Notes under the pieces: model-generated
Seen by the model: only the letters and a program-made list of their open reading frames with translations
What the model was told of the DNA's origin: nothing
Database searches by the model: none
DNA from: Tubiluchus corallicola
Taxonomy: Eukaryota > Animalia > Priapulida
Direction: 5' to 3'
DNA length: 64,000 bases
Assembly (NCBI GenBank): GCA_030141605.1
Contig: JAQGDQ010000043.1
Coordinates: forward strand, 310,001-374,000
Position numbers and translations under genes: made by a program
Shown here: in pieces, positions 28,945 to 42,500 of the stretch
How positions within the stretch are numbered: position 1 is the first letter of the stretch
Layout of the letters: every line of letters begins with the position of its first letter

Positions 28945-29140
28945 CATTTATTTATTTATTTATTAATATTTATTATTCTTATTTATTCTCCGCAACAACA
29001 TAACACGTAAGGCTTGCAAGCCAGGGTCACCAAACTCACAGGGTTGCTAGCCCTGTGCGGGGACGAACAACAGTACGGTGGCTACTGATCATTGGTCAAG
29101 GGGGAAGGGCAATGGGCGTATGCCACTTTTTCCTTTAGGT
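28945..29140 (-). mobile_element. Probable retroposon 3' end (stem-loop plus (TAAA)n tail)
   Basis: (TTTA)n at ~28946-28963 lies near the hairpin cacaggg-ttgctag-ccctgtg (29037-29057), the layout of CR1/L2-type 3' ends read on the - strand. Confidence 0.4.
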
Positions 29141-29239
29141 CGCATCTCTTGCTAGGCCTTTTGGTTTCTTGCAATTTTTTTTCGCACTTATTTGGGTACT
29201 GTAGGGTAGATGTGCACCTGCAGTTTTAAAAATTTCTGA

Positions 29240-29850
29240 TAAGCTTTAATTGCCCGAGGGAGAGGCCGAAATGCAAAATTTGGGGACCTCCAATTTGGTG
29301 ACCTTTTACATGCTGAGGACTAGGGACACAAAACTCACAGGGTATACTCTCTGGGCAAAGTTATTTACGTATACATGTGCCCCGAGTTACCGGGTTAAAG
29401 GTCACGGAGCGGGTGGGTCTTCATTTATTTTTCTGTAGGATCCATCTGCTTCTATAGTTTTTGAGCTAGCGCCACAACGTTTGGTATATTGGTAGGTGGT
29501 GTCGCACCCTTGCACATCACAAAATATGGAACATGCGCGTAGAGGAAAATTTTCCGCTAGGGGGCAAAAACTGAAAAGTGGGGGTAGGGAACAGAAGTGC
29601 ACTCAGTGTTGAGCAATGGTACCTTGTTGCATGTCAAATGAAAGGTCTCGGTGAGGCGGATGGAATGACATGGGTTACAATGAGAATAGTTAACCCGCAA
29701 CCCTGCTAGGGAAAAATAGGGGTCGAGGAAACAAATGTCTTCCAGTCTCGACCGAAAGTAGCTTGTAGTGTATCGAATGAAAGGTCTCAATGAGACAAAT
29801 TGAATGGTATAAGTTGCACCTAGATTGGTTGATCTCTGACCCCAGTAACT
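29240..29850. mobile_element. Probable non-autonomous interspersed repeat
   Basis: GC content jumps above the flanks; internal near-repeat aatgaaaggtctc..tgag.c..at.gaatg at ~29637 and ~29776; no coding signal. Class not assignable. Confidence 0.35.
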
Positions 29851-31564
29851 AAACTAAACTAAACAACATGACCGTCACAACTAATGTCTAATCAGCAGAT
29901 AAACTGATTGCTCTTTTTCATAAACACAAATTTGTAGAGCAGCAGCTATTTTAACACGAAATTAACACTTCAAGTAGCCAAAAATGACTTTTCAATTCAA
30001 ACAGAATGTAGAGACGAAGTTTCAAAGCACTACAAAACACAGAAACGTAAATATAATAAAGAAACTAAGCCAATTAGCCTTGCTTTACAATAAATGAGCA
30101 ACAAAAATAGTAAGTCTCTTTTGCCTTTAAACATGCGAACATCAAGCCTGCGATCTATTTTTCTATATTAATTGATCATGTGCTCGTCTGCAAGATTTAT
30201 TAAGGTTTTGTATTTTTCCGTTTGTCAGGAAATGCAACCAATTTGACTGTTCCATTCATAGACGACCCTCATGAATGCCCGAGTCAGATAAGTCCCAGTG
30301 GTATCTTTTAACCTTGATTATAACCAGAAAAATAGCGTAAAATTAGCTAATATTACATTGATATATAATATAAGTTTTGACCACATTTGAATTAATTTTG
30401 ACTATGAAGATCTCATTGAGGTTTATAAAAACTGGCCAGAAAAGAAAACATTTTGTTTTGTCTTTATTTAAAGTTAATCAAATAGTTGTTTTTTTCTAAC
30501 TTGCAAATCCATTGAACTAAACTAAACTGCGAATTTTCTTGATTGCAAAATGGTTTAACCAGCACCTCATAGACGTAAGTGTTGTGCATTTCTTCCTATA
30601 AACGAAACTAGGCTATATATTTCCACTAATTCACTCGCAATTTCAATTTACAATAATAAAATCTAGAACAAGGTCTATATTTCTCCCGCTAACTAATGAA
30701 AAGTTGAGCATTTTTCATAACAGTGTTAGACGGAGCTGTAGCTAAATGTCGCGAACGTACTTGCTGCAGGGGTGTGTGAAATAACTTGCACGCTGATTGG
30801 GCAGTCAACGAAAATGATTGACATTATGTTAGGCGTCAATTGTTTAACCGGCATTTCTTTAATGTACAAAGTAGTAACACAAGACATTAGAAAGCAAATT
30901 AGGGAGCTCTTAACAAGTTACTGTGCTATTGCTGTTGGGATGTTTAGTTCTCATGCAATATACTGTGGAGAACTGGTTTAAGATATGAGGTTACCCGATG
31001 GACTGTTTTCTCTCTTGTTTGCTCGACAGATGTATCTGTGTTAGCAGCACCGTTTCAGAAGCTTTCATACTTAAACACGATGTTGCTCGAAACACCACTA
31101 CAAACCTCCGCCATCACCATAACAGCAACAGTTCATGTTAATTCTACTTAAAATCATTAATCAATAAAGATTTATCAATAAAAATAATTTCTCTAGTTTC
31201 GAGATTCAAAGATTTAGTTTTACTTCACTACTTTTAACTGCATGACCCCGCCCACCACTTATTGGCGCCACCAGCTGTCAGCCTAAAAACTACTTTTTTA
31301 GGCAACAGATTCTCTTTGCAACGTGTGGCCGACGTCTGACTAGTTCTTTATATACTCCTCCCGAGTTGGTTTAAGAATATTTAACGTATAAAAAATGATA
31401 ACTTAAGAAAGCTTCAGGCAGTAAACATTCATGTATCAATGAGTGCTGACAGATGGCTCACAGCAGATGATACGCGCAATTTTGCGTCAGCTTTTTAAGT
31501 GAGCCTTTACCGATGGTTCTTGGAATTCCAGTATTAAGCTTTTGGCATATTTGTGATGAAAAAA

Positions 31565-31795
31565 TGAGATAGAGCGTGGGGCAGGGAGAGAGACTGACAG
31601 TGGGACAGAAGAGGGAAAAGTGAATGCATGAGAAAGAGAGAGACAGAGAGAGAGAGAGAGAGAACGAGAAAGAAAGAGGGGGAGACTGAGTGGCAAGAAG
31701 TAAAGAAAAAAAGAGGGAAAGAAAAAAAGAAACACAGAAAGAGAGAGAGAAAACAGAAATGCAGAAGAGAGAGAAAAACTAGAGCAAAGAGGAAC
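31565..31795. repeat. (GA)n / purine-rich low-complexity tract
   Basis: Directly visible; generates three spurious ORFs. Confidence 0.9.
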
Positions 31796-32640
31796 AGAGT
31801 CTTGCCCACTCTAAGAATACAGGATACCAGCCTGATTTCCACTGGTGTTAATCGGCTGAATAGTAATGCACTTGGGCGTGCCTCAAGATCTGCCTTGTTT
31901 GTTATGTTACAACCCTGCGGCAGACTTGAATACACCATAGACTTAGGTCTGGTCTGGTTCAAATAAGTATCACATGTCAAAATAAAGTTTAAAATCGAAT
32001 TTAAAAGCACTAGAAGCTTGTAAAAAAGAGACATGATGCCAAAGCAAGTTTGCTGGGTTGTGTCAAACTCAAAAACTGAGTTTTTCGGATGAAATCCTTC
32101 TAAACTTTTTTTGTAAAAAAAATCGCGAGGTAACAGCACTAATGCATTTAAGTAAGACGCGTTTATCATTGAACTCGAACATTTTCTTATCATGTCATTA
32201 TACAACACAGTTGTTGTGATAGTGACAAAGTTGATGATGGCAAGGACGATGTCGAGGATGACGACACAGCACTGATAATAGTGCTGCTGATGTAACGTCA
32301 GCGATCTTTTTGCTGTTGTTACTGTCTGAGATGATAGCGATGATGAAGACGATAGTGATCCAAAATCAGTGATTCAAAGCAGTGCAGTAGATATGCATTA
32401 TTATGCTGTCCTGCCTTTACGATTTTTAAAGTGCAAACCAACACTGGAACAACATTATTGCATTTCAATATACACTTAGAAACACTGAAATTACCACATA
32501 ATAGACGCGCATAAAATACCTTACTTAAAAATGGAAAAGAAATTCAGATTTAATGCCAAGCGATCCTCGGTGCTGACATATCTGAAAAAAATGACGTAAA
32601 CTGGTGGACAGTATGAAAACTCGCATAACAAAGTTTCTGC

Positions 32641-32795
32641 AGTTCACTCAAGTTCACTGTTCTAGCTTACTAAATCTTTATGCTTAACTGTGTATATCTA
32701 AAAATTACTCATCTAGCCAGTTCACTCAGAAACTCCGCTGTTCCAGCTTACTAAACCTTCATGTTCAACTGTGTTTATCTAAAAATTAATCGTCA
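32641..32795. repeat. Diverged two-copy tandem repeat, ~78-80-bp unit
   Basis: agttcactca...gttc.agcttactaaa.ctt.atg...aactgtgt.tatctaaaaatta starts at 32641 and again at 32719. Confidence 0.85.
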
Positions 32796-33596
32796 CCACC
32801 TTCAAACATCTTCAAACACCATTTTGCAAGCAGCTATTAGTGCTTACACAGCTGTGACCATAAGATTGTGCCTCAAAGTGAGTAAGTACGACTACATAAT
32901 ATAATTACAGATCAGCATAAAATTTTGCGAGACTGTAAGCGTACAGAAGGTGCCGGGCAGTTCAACTAGTTTATAGAGTTCACTTTTAACTTTTTAAAAT
33001 AATTATTCTGTTACTTCGTTCGCGTTAGCTAGCCGAGCTGAAGATTCCTATATTATTGCCAGTAATTAGTTTTCGTTACATAGTGCGCATTGGGGTCACC
33101 ATAAAGTAAAAAATAGTATTAGTAATCTCTCGTTTAACTTTTTGGATTGTATCGTTGATAATAGTGACTGTAGGTACAAAAGAAGTTCGACCAGGCACCT
33201 TTATATAAGTGTTTATGTTTACGTTTCGCTCAAGCACCCTTATGTCACTCATACCAAGATAGGTGTTTATATTGTAGGTTAACCGGGTGCCGCCATTTTC
33301 GTTCAAAATAACGAAGTGATCGCGACTTTAAATTGATTTTATAAATTACGCAAGGATTTGTCAAATTTTGTTGCTGTAACTTTCAAACACTTTTCTCAAA
33401 TAAGTTCAACTTTCCGAGTAAATTGACTTTTGCTTTAAACTGGCACGAAGCACTACTTACCAGTCACACACACAAAAGTTGCAGCTCACAGCTTTGTGAA
33501 AGATTAACATTCAAGTGGTCAAGAAATAAGATCAAGCGATAAGAAAAACTAAAAAATTGTTGTTTTTTAGGAGAGCGACATTTTGATGAAAGGCAA

Positions 33597-36500
33597 ATGG
33601 AGAAAGCAGTCGTGATAATTACTCTGGTATACTGGATCCAATCAGAAACTTTGGGTCAACAACTGTTTGGACTTCCATTCGAAGATAATTACGACTATGA
33701 CAGTGACTACAAAGGTTCAATTGGAGAAACAGATGGACCGTCACTGCTAGACGGGTCGTCACCATGTTCTTGCATAAGCGTTATACAAAATCAGACGGAG
33801 CAGATAGAAGAGATGCTAAAGTCACTCTTTGTAGATATTACAACAAAAATTGACGCACTGCAGGAGTCAATCAGCGATAATAAATTAGACACACAAGCGC
33901 AAATAGACAACGTAAAAATGGCTTTAGGCACTGTAAGTGACAGCATTTCCGAAGATGTGAAAGCTTTGGACGATAAGCTAGTTCAGTCTAGTGACAGCAC
34001 TACCTCACAGTTAGAAAATGTTTCAAACTCACTTAATGACAAAGTAGCAGACTTACACAAAACTGTTTCAGAAACACAGCAAAATGCTATGACTCAAATA
34101 GATGATGTCAAAAGTAGCTTAGATACAGTGAAAGTGTTGCAAGGTGAACTTCATGAGAATCAGCGAAATGCATTGCGGCAGTTGGATGACACAAAAAATG
34201 TTGTGGAATCCTTGAAGAATTCTCAGGAGCAATTGGTAGATAATCAACAAAATACCTTATCCAAAGTTGGAGAAGCTAAAGATGTAATAGACTTTGTAAA
34301 GACATCTCAAGATATACTCAATGAAAACCATCAGACTGTTTTAGATCACTTAGAAAAATCTGACAGTACCATAAGTTCAATGGCAGAATCACAAAACGAA
34401 CTAGCTGAAAATCAAAAACATGTTTTTGATCAATTAGAAACAGCTAAGACTGCTTTGGGATCAGTTAAGAGTCTTCAAGAGAGGTCAACATTAATGCAGC
34501 AGAGCATGCTGACAAAAAGTGATGAAGCAAAGGATATTTTAGATGAACTGAAGCTTGGTCAGACTGAACTTAGTGAAAATCAGCATAGTGCATTAAAGCA
34601 GGTTAACGAATCAAAGAAATTTCAGGACAAGATATATGGCCAGCAGGAGAAGTTACAGGAAGAACTGGAAACTGTAATAGGACAAAATAAGGAAGTAAAG
34701 AATACGTTGGACTCTATAAAACCTTCGCAAGATTCATTAGCAAAAACTCAGCAGCAACTTTTATCAGAACTTGGCGAAACAAGCAAAGCTCTGGACACTG
34801 CACAACTGACCATTAACATTATTAGTGATAAGCAAGACAATGTAGTAGCAAAACTTGGTGATGCAAATGATGCCTTGGAGTCCATCAAAACATCTCAGGA
34901 AGACCTTGCAGTCCACCAAGAATCTGCTTTAACAGAACTTATAAATACAAAAGAAACATTAGATTCCTTAAAAAATGCACAAACAGAACTAGCACGGAAT
35001 CAAGTAACTATTTTAGGCGAGCTGGGACACTCTAAAGCATCACTTGAATCTGTCGGCAGTTCTCAGAAGAAGCTTACAGAAACACAACAGATTGTTTTAA
35101 TGAGAGTTGGAGACGCAAAAGATATTTTGGATGACTTGACACTCAGTCAAACTGGGCTCAGCGAGAATCAGCAAAACACACTAAATCAAGTAACTGAATC
35201 AGTCGGCTTGCTAAACAAGATAGATGGCGGCCAGAATAAATTATTAGAAAACCAAGAAACTGTAATGGGCCAGACCAAGAAATCAAACGTTTTACTGGCT
35301 TCAATGAAACTTTTACAAGAAACATTAGCAGAAACTCAACAAGAGACTTTAGTGCAAACTAATGAAGCAAATAATGCTTTAGATGCCGTAAAACTTTCCA
35401 TTGACGATGTAAAACAGAAACAAGATAACGCAATAGCAGAACTTGAAGATGTAGAATCTGCCTTAAACTTAGTCAAGTCAGTTCAAGAACAGTTTACTAA
35501 ACATCAAAAATATGCTTTAACGCAACTAGGAAATACACAAACTGAAATGATGCAAAATCAAAAAGCTACTTTTAATCAATTAGAGGAGGCTAAGGCAGTA
35601 TTTAATTCTGTTGTAGATGGTTATGAAAAGTCTAACGAAATGCAGCAGGAAGTGATGATGAAAGTTGAAAATACAACAGGTATCTTGACTGAACTGGGAA
35701 CAAATCAGCAGAATACGTTAAAGCAGGCCGTGGAGTCAAAAGAGCTTTTGAATAATATTAAAGGTCAGCAGGACAAGTTGCTAGACAATCAGCAAATAGT
35801 TTTACAAGACACTGAAAATTCAAAGGAAATGCTGGATTCGCTAAAAATTTCACAAGACTTGTTGGGTGAAACACAAAAGGAAACATTAAAAAATATTGGC
35901 AAATCTAAAGAAACATTAGATATGTTAACAGTGAAAACTGGCCTAATAGATCAACAGCAAGATAATATAGTAGCAAAACTGGATAGCACCAATCATACAT
36001 TACAGCTGATTGAAGACATTATAAAACAGAATCACGAAATAGCTCAATCTGGAGTAAAAAATATAAAAGACGATGTGGCATCAGTTAAATCTGCACAAGA
36101 GGCACTGAACAACGAATATCGTGACGCCCAATTGGCACTAAAGGAAATTATACGATCAGCCCAGGAAAATGCAGTATCTCAAATTCAAGATAGCAAAAAG
36201 ATATTGAGGGAAGTTGTTGGTCTCCAAAATGAGAACAGCAATACACTGAGTTTACTTGCAGAAAACGTAACTGCTGCTGAAAAAGATATTATTAGCAATC
36301 AACGAAAATCATTGATGGAGATGCAAGAAATGTATGAACACATAGGCAGTGTGTTGGACTTAACAAGAGTTGTTGGAAGTGACGTTGAAAATGTTGGAGT
36401 TACCTTGGAGAGGACAGCATCGAAGTTAGCTAATACACTAAGTGAAATATCTGATACGATGAATTTTTCTGTTTTACTGCTCCAGGACGACATGCTAGGT

Positions 36501-39500
36501 AATCATCGATTTCATGTTGAGCAGTTGCATTCTGTTAAATTGTCACTCAATGGAATATTAGAGGCTAGTGATGAAGTTAACGAGACATTAATAACCTTTA
36601 GAGATGATGTAATGCAAACAATAGCAAAATATCTATTGTTGTTAGGCGAGTTAACTGAGACATCCCATATTCTTAATGACAATGTAAAGCAACACGAGTT
36701 ACATGCTGTTAAGCGGCATGAAAAGATGATTGATGCTGTACAAGTATCAAAACGCGACGTTGCTAAAGAAATAGAAACAATTGGCACTGAAATTAACGGC
36801 AACATTGTGCCAATTAGGCGTAACATGCAACAAGTGTCAAAGTTAGTTAATGACAAAATCACAGATTTGGTTGATAGTATTGATGATAAACATGAGGTTC
36901 ACATAAATGGAATTAGTACTGTAACAGATATGCTTAGGTCAGTTGCTCTGTTAAATGACCAGACCACTGTGGACACCAAAGAAATTATCAGCCAAAATGA
37001 ACGCGTTGGCTTGATGTTTAACCAGACTTTACAAGATTTACAAAATGATATGCTTACTACACATGAGAAGAATGGCTTGTTGTTAAAAGATTTGAAGTTG
37101 CTGTGGGCTGAGTTTAAAGATTCGTCTTATGATCACAATCTCAACATCACAGCACTAACAAAAGATTTGATTGGTGAGCAGCTACAAACTAAGTTCCACA
37201 TTTCAAGAGTAAGCGAGATGTTAAATGCAACGTTTGCCACACTAGATGACATGCTCACATGCAAGCCATGCGAGGTACTAAACAACTTGATAGAGACTGA
37301 TCAATACACTGCAAATCATATTAGTCAGCTCACTACTATTCTGAATATAACATCAGAGTCGGCAGAAGGTAATTACCAAGCACTAAAGCGGGTACTGGAC
37401 ACAGTAGGTGGTGACGTTAGCATCATCAAAGAAACTAGTGAGGAGTTACAAGAAAACATCAAAGGTGTTTCAAATAAAGTCATTTCTACAGACAAGAAAT
37501 TATTGGGCCGATTAGATAGTATCAAGAATACCATGAATGAAAGTGTTATTCTGCAACAGAAAATTTATTCAGATAATGACGATAATAACATTCGACTTAT
37601 GAATTTAGGTATGCAACTAGATAATATTGAAAAACTTGCAAGCACAAGCAGCAGTACACTAAACGGGATGGAGGAAATTATTAAAAATGCAAGTGCAGAC
37701 ACACAGCAAAGTAACAAGGCTTTGAAACAAGTTTTAAACAACAATATAGATGTCGTTCAACAACAGATCTCAGAAAATCACAATGGAACATTGTCTTCAA
37801 TTGACAGCATCAGTAAGAATCTGCAAGAAAACAAAAAGGATGCTAATGCCAAGTTCAATGAAGTAAAAAGTTTCATAAATACAGCTTTGGCTTCAATTGA
37901 AAAATATTTGGATGATGAGCTAAGACACAACAGCAAAAACTTGTCATTACAAATGGAGACTATAAATGTTGCTTTGAATGACATAAAAAATGACAAGCAA
38001 TTGTTTTATGAAGACTTCAATAGTGACATGTATTCATTAAACACGACTGCCTTGGGATTGGATTTTAAAGCTGACCTCATTACAGAAGTGTTGCTTGGTG
38101 TTCAAAAGCAAATAGAGTCTATTGAATCACTGTCAAATGCAGTAAATGTTGCTCTTCCCGAAACAAACACTAAACTGGATAACGTTTTAGTAGATATACA
38201 GAAAAGCTCTGATACTTTAGATATGGTACTGCCTGTTTTGTCTGCTGATATATTTACCGTTTCAAAAGCTGTTCAACAGTCAGAGTTAAAACTTGATGAT
38301 ATTGTTGGGAAAGCAGCTGGTGTGAATCTAAGATTAGATGCATTAGTGAACCCAATTCTTGCAACAACAGCAGCAGTAAATGAGCTCAGTAATATTCCAG
38401 AAGTGCTAGTTAATACTTCTGAAACATTTAGCAAAAACATGAAAAATTTAGGAGTGAATATTGTCAAAATTGATGACAAATTGACTGCTCTTAGTGAACC
38501 TATACAGGAAACTGTTGCAATGGTTAGTACCATTAATGATGGTACAAACGAAATTTTGAGCAATACAGACAAGAAAAGTACAAGATCAATGGTAAAATTG
38601 GAGCTGTCAGCCATTTTAGATCTAATGGCAAATAGCTCTAGTGTACTCGGAGAACAAATTGAAGATATCATAGACAACGTGACGAAACATGCAGTAGACA
38701 TGAGTATGGAGCTAAAAACACACGTTTCAGACAAAAATAATGAAATGTTGTATAAACTCGACAATGTAGACGCAAGTCTCGTTTCAATGCTTGATGATGT
38801 TAATGTGCTAGCTAATGTTACAGCTGACAATCTTCCTGAAATAGTGAACACAGTAAGCACTATAAATTTAGAAATGGAGCCTATAATGGATGCTGTAAGA
38901 CTTATTCTTACTAAATCAGATGGTTATATCGATGCAGTGGAAAACATGACAAATGAGTTGGTGAATTCGCTAGAAAAGCAAATGCAGAAAAGTGATGAAG
39001 TTTTATACAAGAGAATTTCAGATACCATAACGAACGAAATTGGAGACCTTGGTACTGATGTCGAAACACAAGCTGCAGCTTTCTTAGAAAACATTGAAAT
39101 ATCAAAAGACCAAATGACGATTCTCCAAAATAATCTTGATTATATGCATAGAAATGTTACTCTAACAGACGAAAATGTTAGAGAAACATTGAAAAATGTG
39201 GAATCAACTATTGTAGCAACATATGAAAATTTCAACTTGTCTTTGGAATCTGCCACAGGCGATATAAAAACAAACTTGGATGACATCGATTCAATGATGA
39301 AACTATTATTGAATAATGCCACGAGCAGGGAATACGTTGTGGAGCCGATATTCAAACTGATAGAAAAGATGGGTACCACAATTTCAACAAAATATGCAAT
39401 ATTGCAAGACATGTTGCAAAACATTTCTGCAAGTAATTTTGACAACGAACATAAAGATTATCTTGAAAATTTCGCAAATGATTTTTCAGCGAATTTAGTT

Positions 39501-42500
39501 GGTCTTGAAGAAAAGCTGAGCAATGGTGTGCAAAGCGAAATAAGCCTGCTGTTCAAAAACATTTCTTCCACCGATAATGAAATGCTTCAGAAAATGGATA
39601 ACTTTGCAGCAGCTATTGATGACATTCATGAAAGCGTTATTATTTTATCTAACATTACTGGGGGAACAATACAGAAGGAAATAGCGGCAGAATTGGATTC
39701 TCTGCAGTACAACCTGTCATCCATAATCGATAATTCTGAACACATCGTAGAAGTGATGCATAATAAAACAGCAACTATGAAATTTCTGTTAGATGAAACA
39801 ATCGCTCAGCATCATGCTTTACTACCTGATGCTATTGCTGATTCTACCGCAAAAATAGTTGGCAATGTTTTTGAGATCCAACTTCATAGTTTTTCATCAG
39901 ATGTTTCTGCTTCTATTAATGACACCACTAAAACAATAGGAGATACTTTCCTGGAAAAGTTCAACGAGCAATACAAAAATCTTACACAATCAGACCAACA
40001 TTTTGAACAGCAACTTAATGAAGTCAAATCTCTAGTAGAGTTGGTAAGTGACGACTTAAATAGACTATCGAATGCAACATCAGAAAGTGTCCACCGTAAC
40101 ATCTATGATGTCAGAAAAGATATAGGAACAAAAGTTGATGGCCTTCAAGAAAATATGACTATAATGTTAGCAAACTCAGAAATCATACCGACTGTTTATT
40201 CTCTTGTGCAGCAACATGATAGCCGAACCGAGTCTGCAACTTCAAAATTGAAGCATGATATCATGGCGGATCATCAAATGCTTAGTGATACGTTAATAAA
40301 CTCAACAGCTATGCAGATCGACGAAGCTTTAGCAAAACTTTTAGCTACATTTGGCAGTTGCTGTGAACATGTTGAAGAAAAGTTGGTAAATCTGCATGGA
40401 AACTGGACGTCAGGTGAAGAAAGAACCCACGTTAGATTGGAAAACATTAGCTTGATACTTGCTGATGTAAATGACAATGTATATTCTTTGCCAAACGTTT
40501 TAGAAGTTTCTTTGCAGAACAAGCTAGACAGTATCGAGCAAGTTATTGTAAGCGGCAACAATAACATAAATTTACTTGCGAATGTTACTGCAACCTCAAT
40601 AAAAGAAAGTGTGGAAGATATTAAGCTGAGAAGCGATAACAACAATGACATTATAAGTCATCTGTATAACTCCACTTCAAGGAATTTGCAAAAGCAAATG
40701 GAGATAATTGCCGAGATACTTGGCGAAGGTGTTGACGATGTAAATTTGTCACTGAATATCACAGGAGAAAATCTAAAAAACGCAATTACGACTAGCCTTG
40801 AAAAGCTTAAGAAATCATCTAACGATTCATTTGATGAAAAGCTGGATGCTGCAAAATCAGACATCGAACAGATTCGCGATGCAATAGACGCAATAGCAAA
40901 TATTTCTGCTGTTACATTACAGGAACACGAAAGTCGTGAGAGCCAATCAGCAGACATCATTAGACATAATATGACCAAAATCATCAACTTTGCTGAAGAA
41001 TTAATAGAAGTCATTACGAATAAATCACACATTCTACAGCATGCAATACGTGACACTGGAAAAAAGTTAAGTGAAGAACATGACATCACTCGCAATTTGC
41101 TGTTAACAAGCACTGCTGAACTGCATAGTGCAATATCAGAAGGAGATAATAATTTGCAAGACACAGCAAAGAAAAGTGCTATGAGTATCCAGAACACAAT
41201 AAATGCAACAAAAGAAGACCTGTTTGTATTAATCTCTAATAATGATGCCAAGACGCAAAAAGAGTCACTAAGGTTTATTGAAATGAAGTTAGACGACCTT
41301 CATGATGCACACGAATTAAAAATAGAATTTCTGCTGGAAAATATCACTGCCCACTCAGACAACGAGGATGAATTGTTAAGAAAAAAATTTAAGGATGATT
41401 TTGTAACTGTTATTGAGAATATAACCCTTTTTGAAGATGTCACAAGTGACAAGATGAGCAGAATGGAAAATGCATTAAATGAAATCCTGCAAAAGATTTT
41501 TACACTGACCAATAACTCAAGGAGTTCAGAAACAGTTAATGCGGTTTTGGAAGATCGTATACAAACACAGATCGAAAATTTGGAAAACAATATTTCAAAC
41601 TACATTGCCCTTAGTGTTGGTGAAATTCAAGAGAAATCCATCGACTTATATGCTAAAGTAAAACAGGATATGTCCCACAACCAGAACAACATTCAAACCG
41701 CATTAGAAAACTTTACCTTTACTGATAATCAACTCAATGAATTCTATAACATCATTGAAAACAAGCTAAAAGATCTTTTGCAGTCATTCATGCATGACAG
41801 TTTAAATATAACAGGTCTGGAAATAGTGGAAAGAATTTCCGAATCTGACAGCTATATACAAAATCATGTCACTGCTGAGTCTAAAAAACTTCTACAGCAG
41901 CTTGTGAATTTAACTGGTGATATACTAGATAAACTAACTGCGGCAGAAAACCATGCAACCGATCAGATGGCAAATGTGGCGGATGCTATAAAAACAACTA
42001 AAACAGAAATTATAAGAGAATTAAAAAATAAAGTAGAGGAATTGCTTACCGACATTGAGAAAGACATAGATGATGGATTGCTAGGGTTACTTAATGTTAC
42101 AGGAAGCTTGATGTTTCAATCAAGTGACGAAAATCGAAATGCACAGGTGCAGAATGACACTGTCATTTTACTTTTAAACAAGAAACTTGACAACTTGAAT
42201 AAACTTTCCAAAGAAATTAACATGAAAATCGATAACCTACGAAATGTTACAGAAACGAGAGAAATGGAAACCCATATGGCTTTTCTTTCTCTTGAGAACT
42301 GCACCAGTGACGCCTCTAACACTTTGTCTTTCGTGAAAGCATCTGGAGAACTTAAAGAAGAAATAGGAAGCAACTTAACAAATTTACTTTTAACAATGCA
42401 TAGCTATTATAGCGACTTGGTACTATTTCTGAATGAAAAGTTTTCTAGCATAGAAAGTACAACAAAGACTATAGCAGATTCTAAAATTTTACCCAAGATT

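Noticed and set aside
31487-32208. 224-aa, 112-aa and 82-aa ORFs
   Set aside because: Driven by the (GA)n tract; no domain or splice support.
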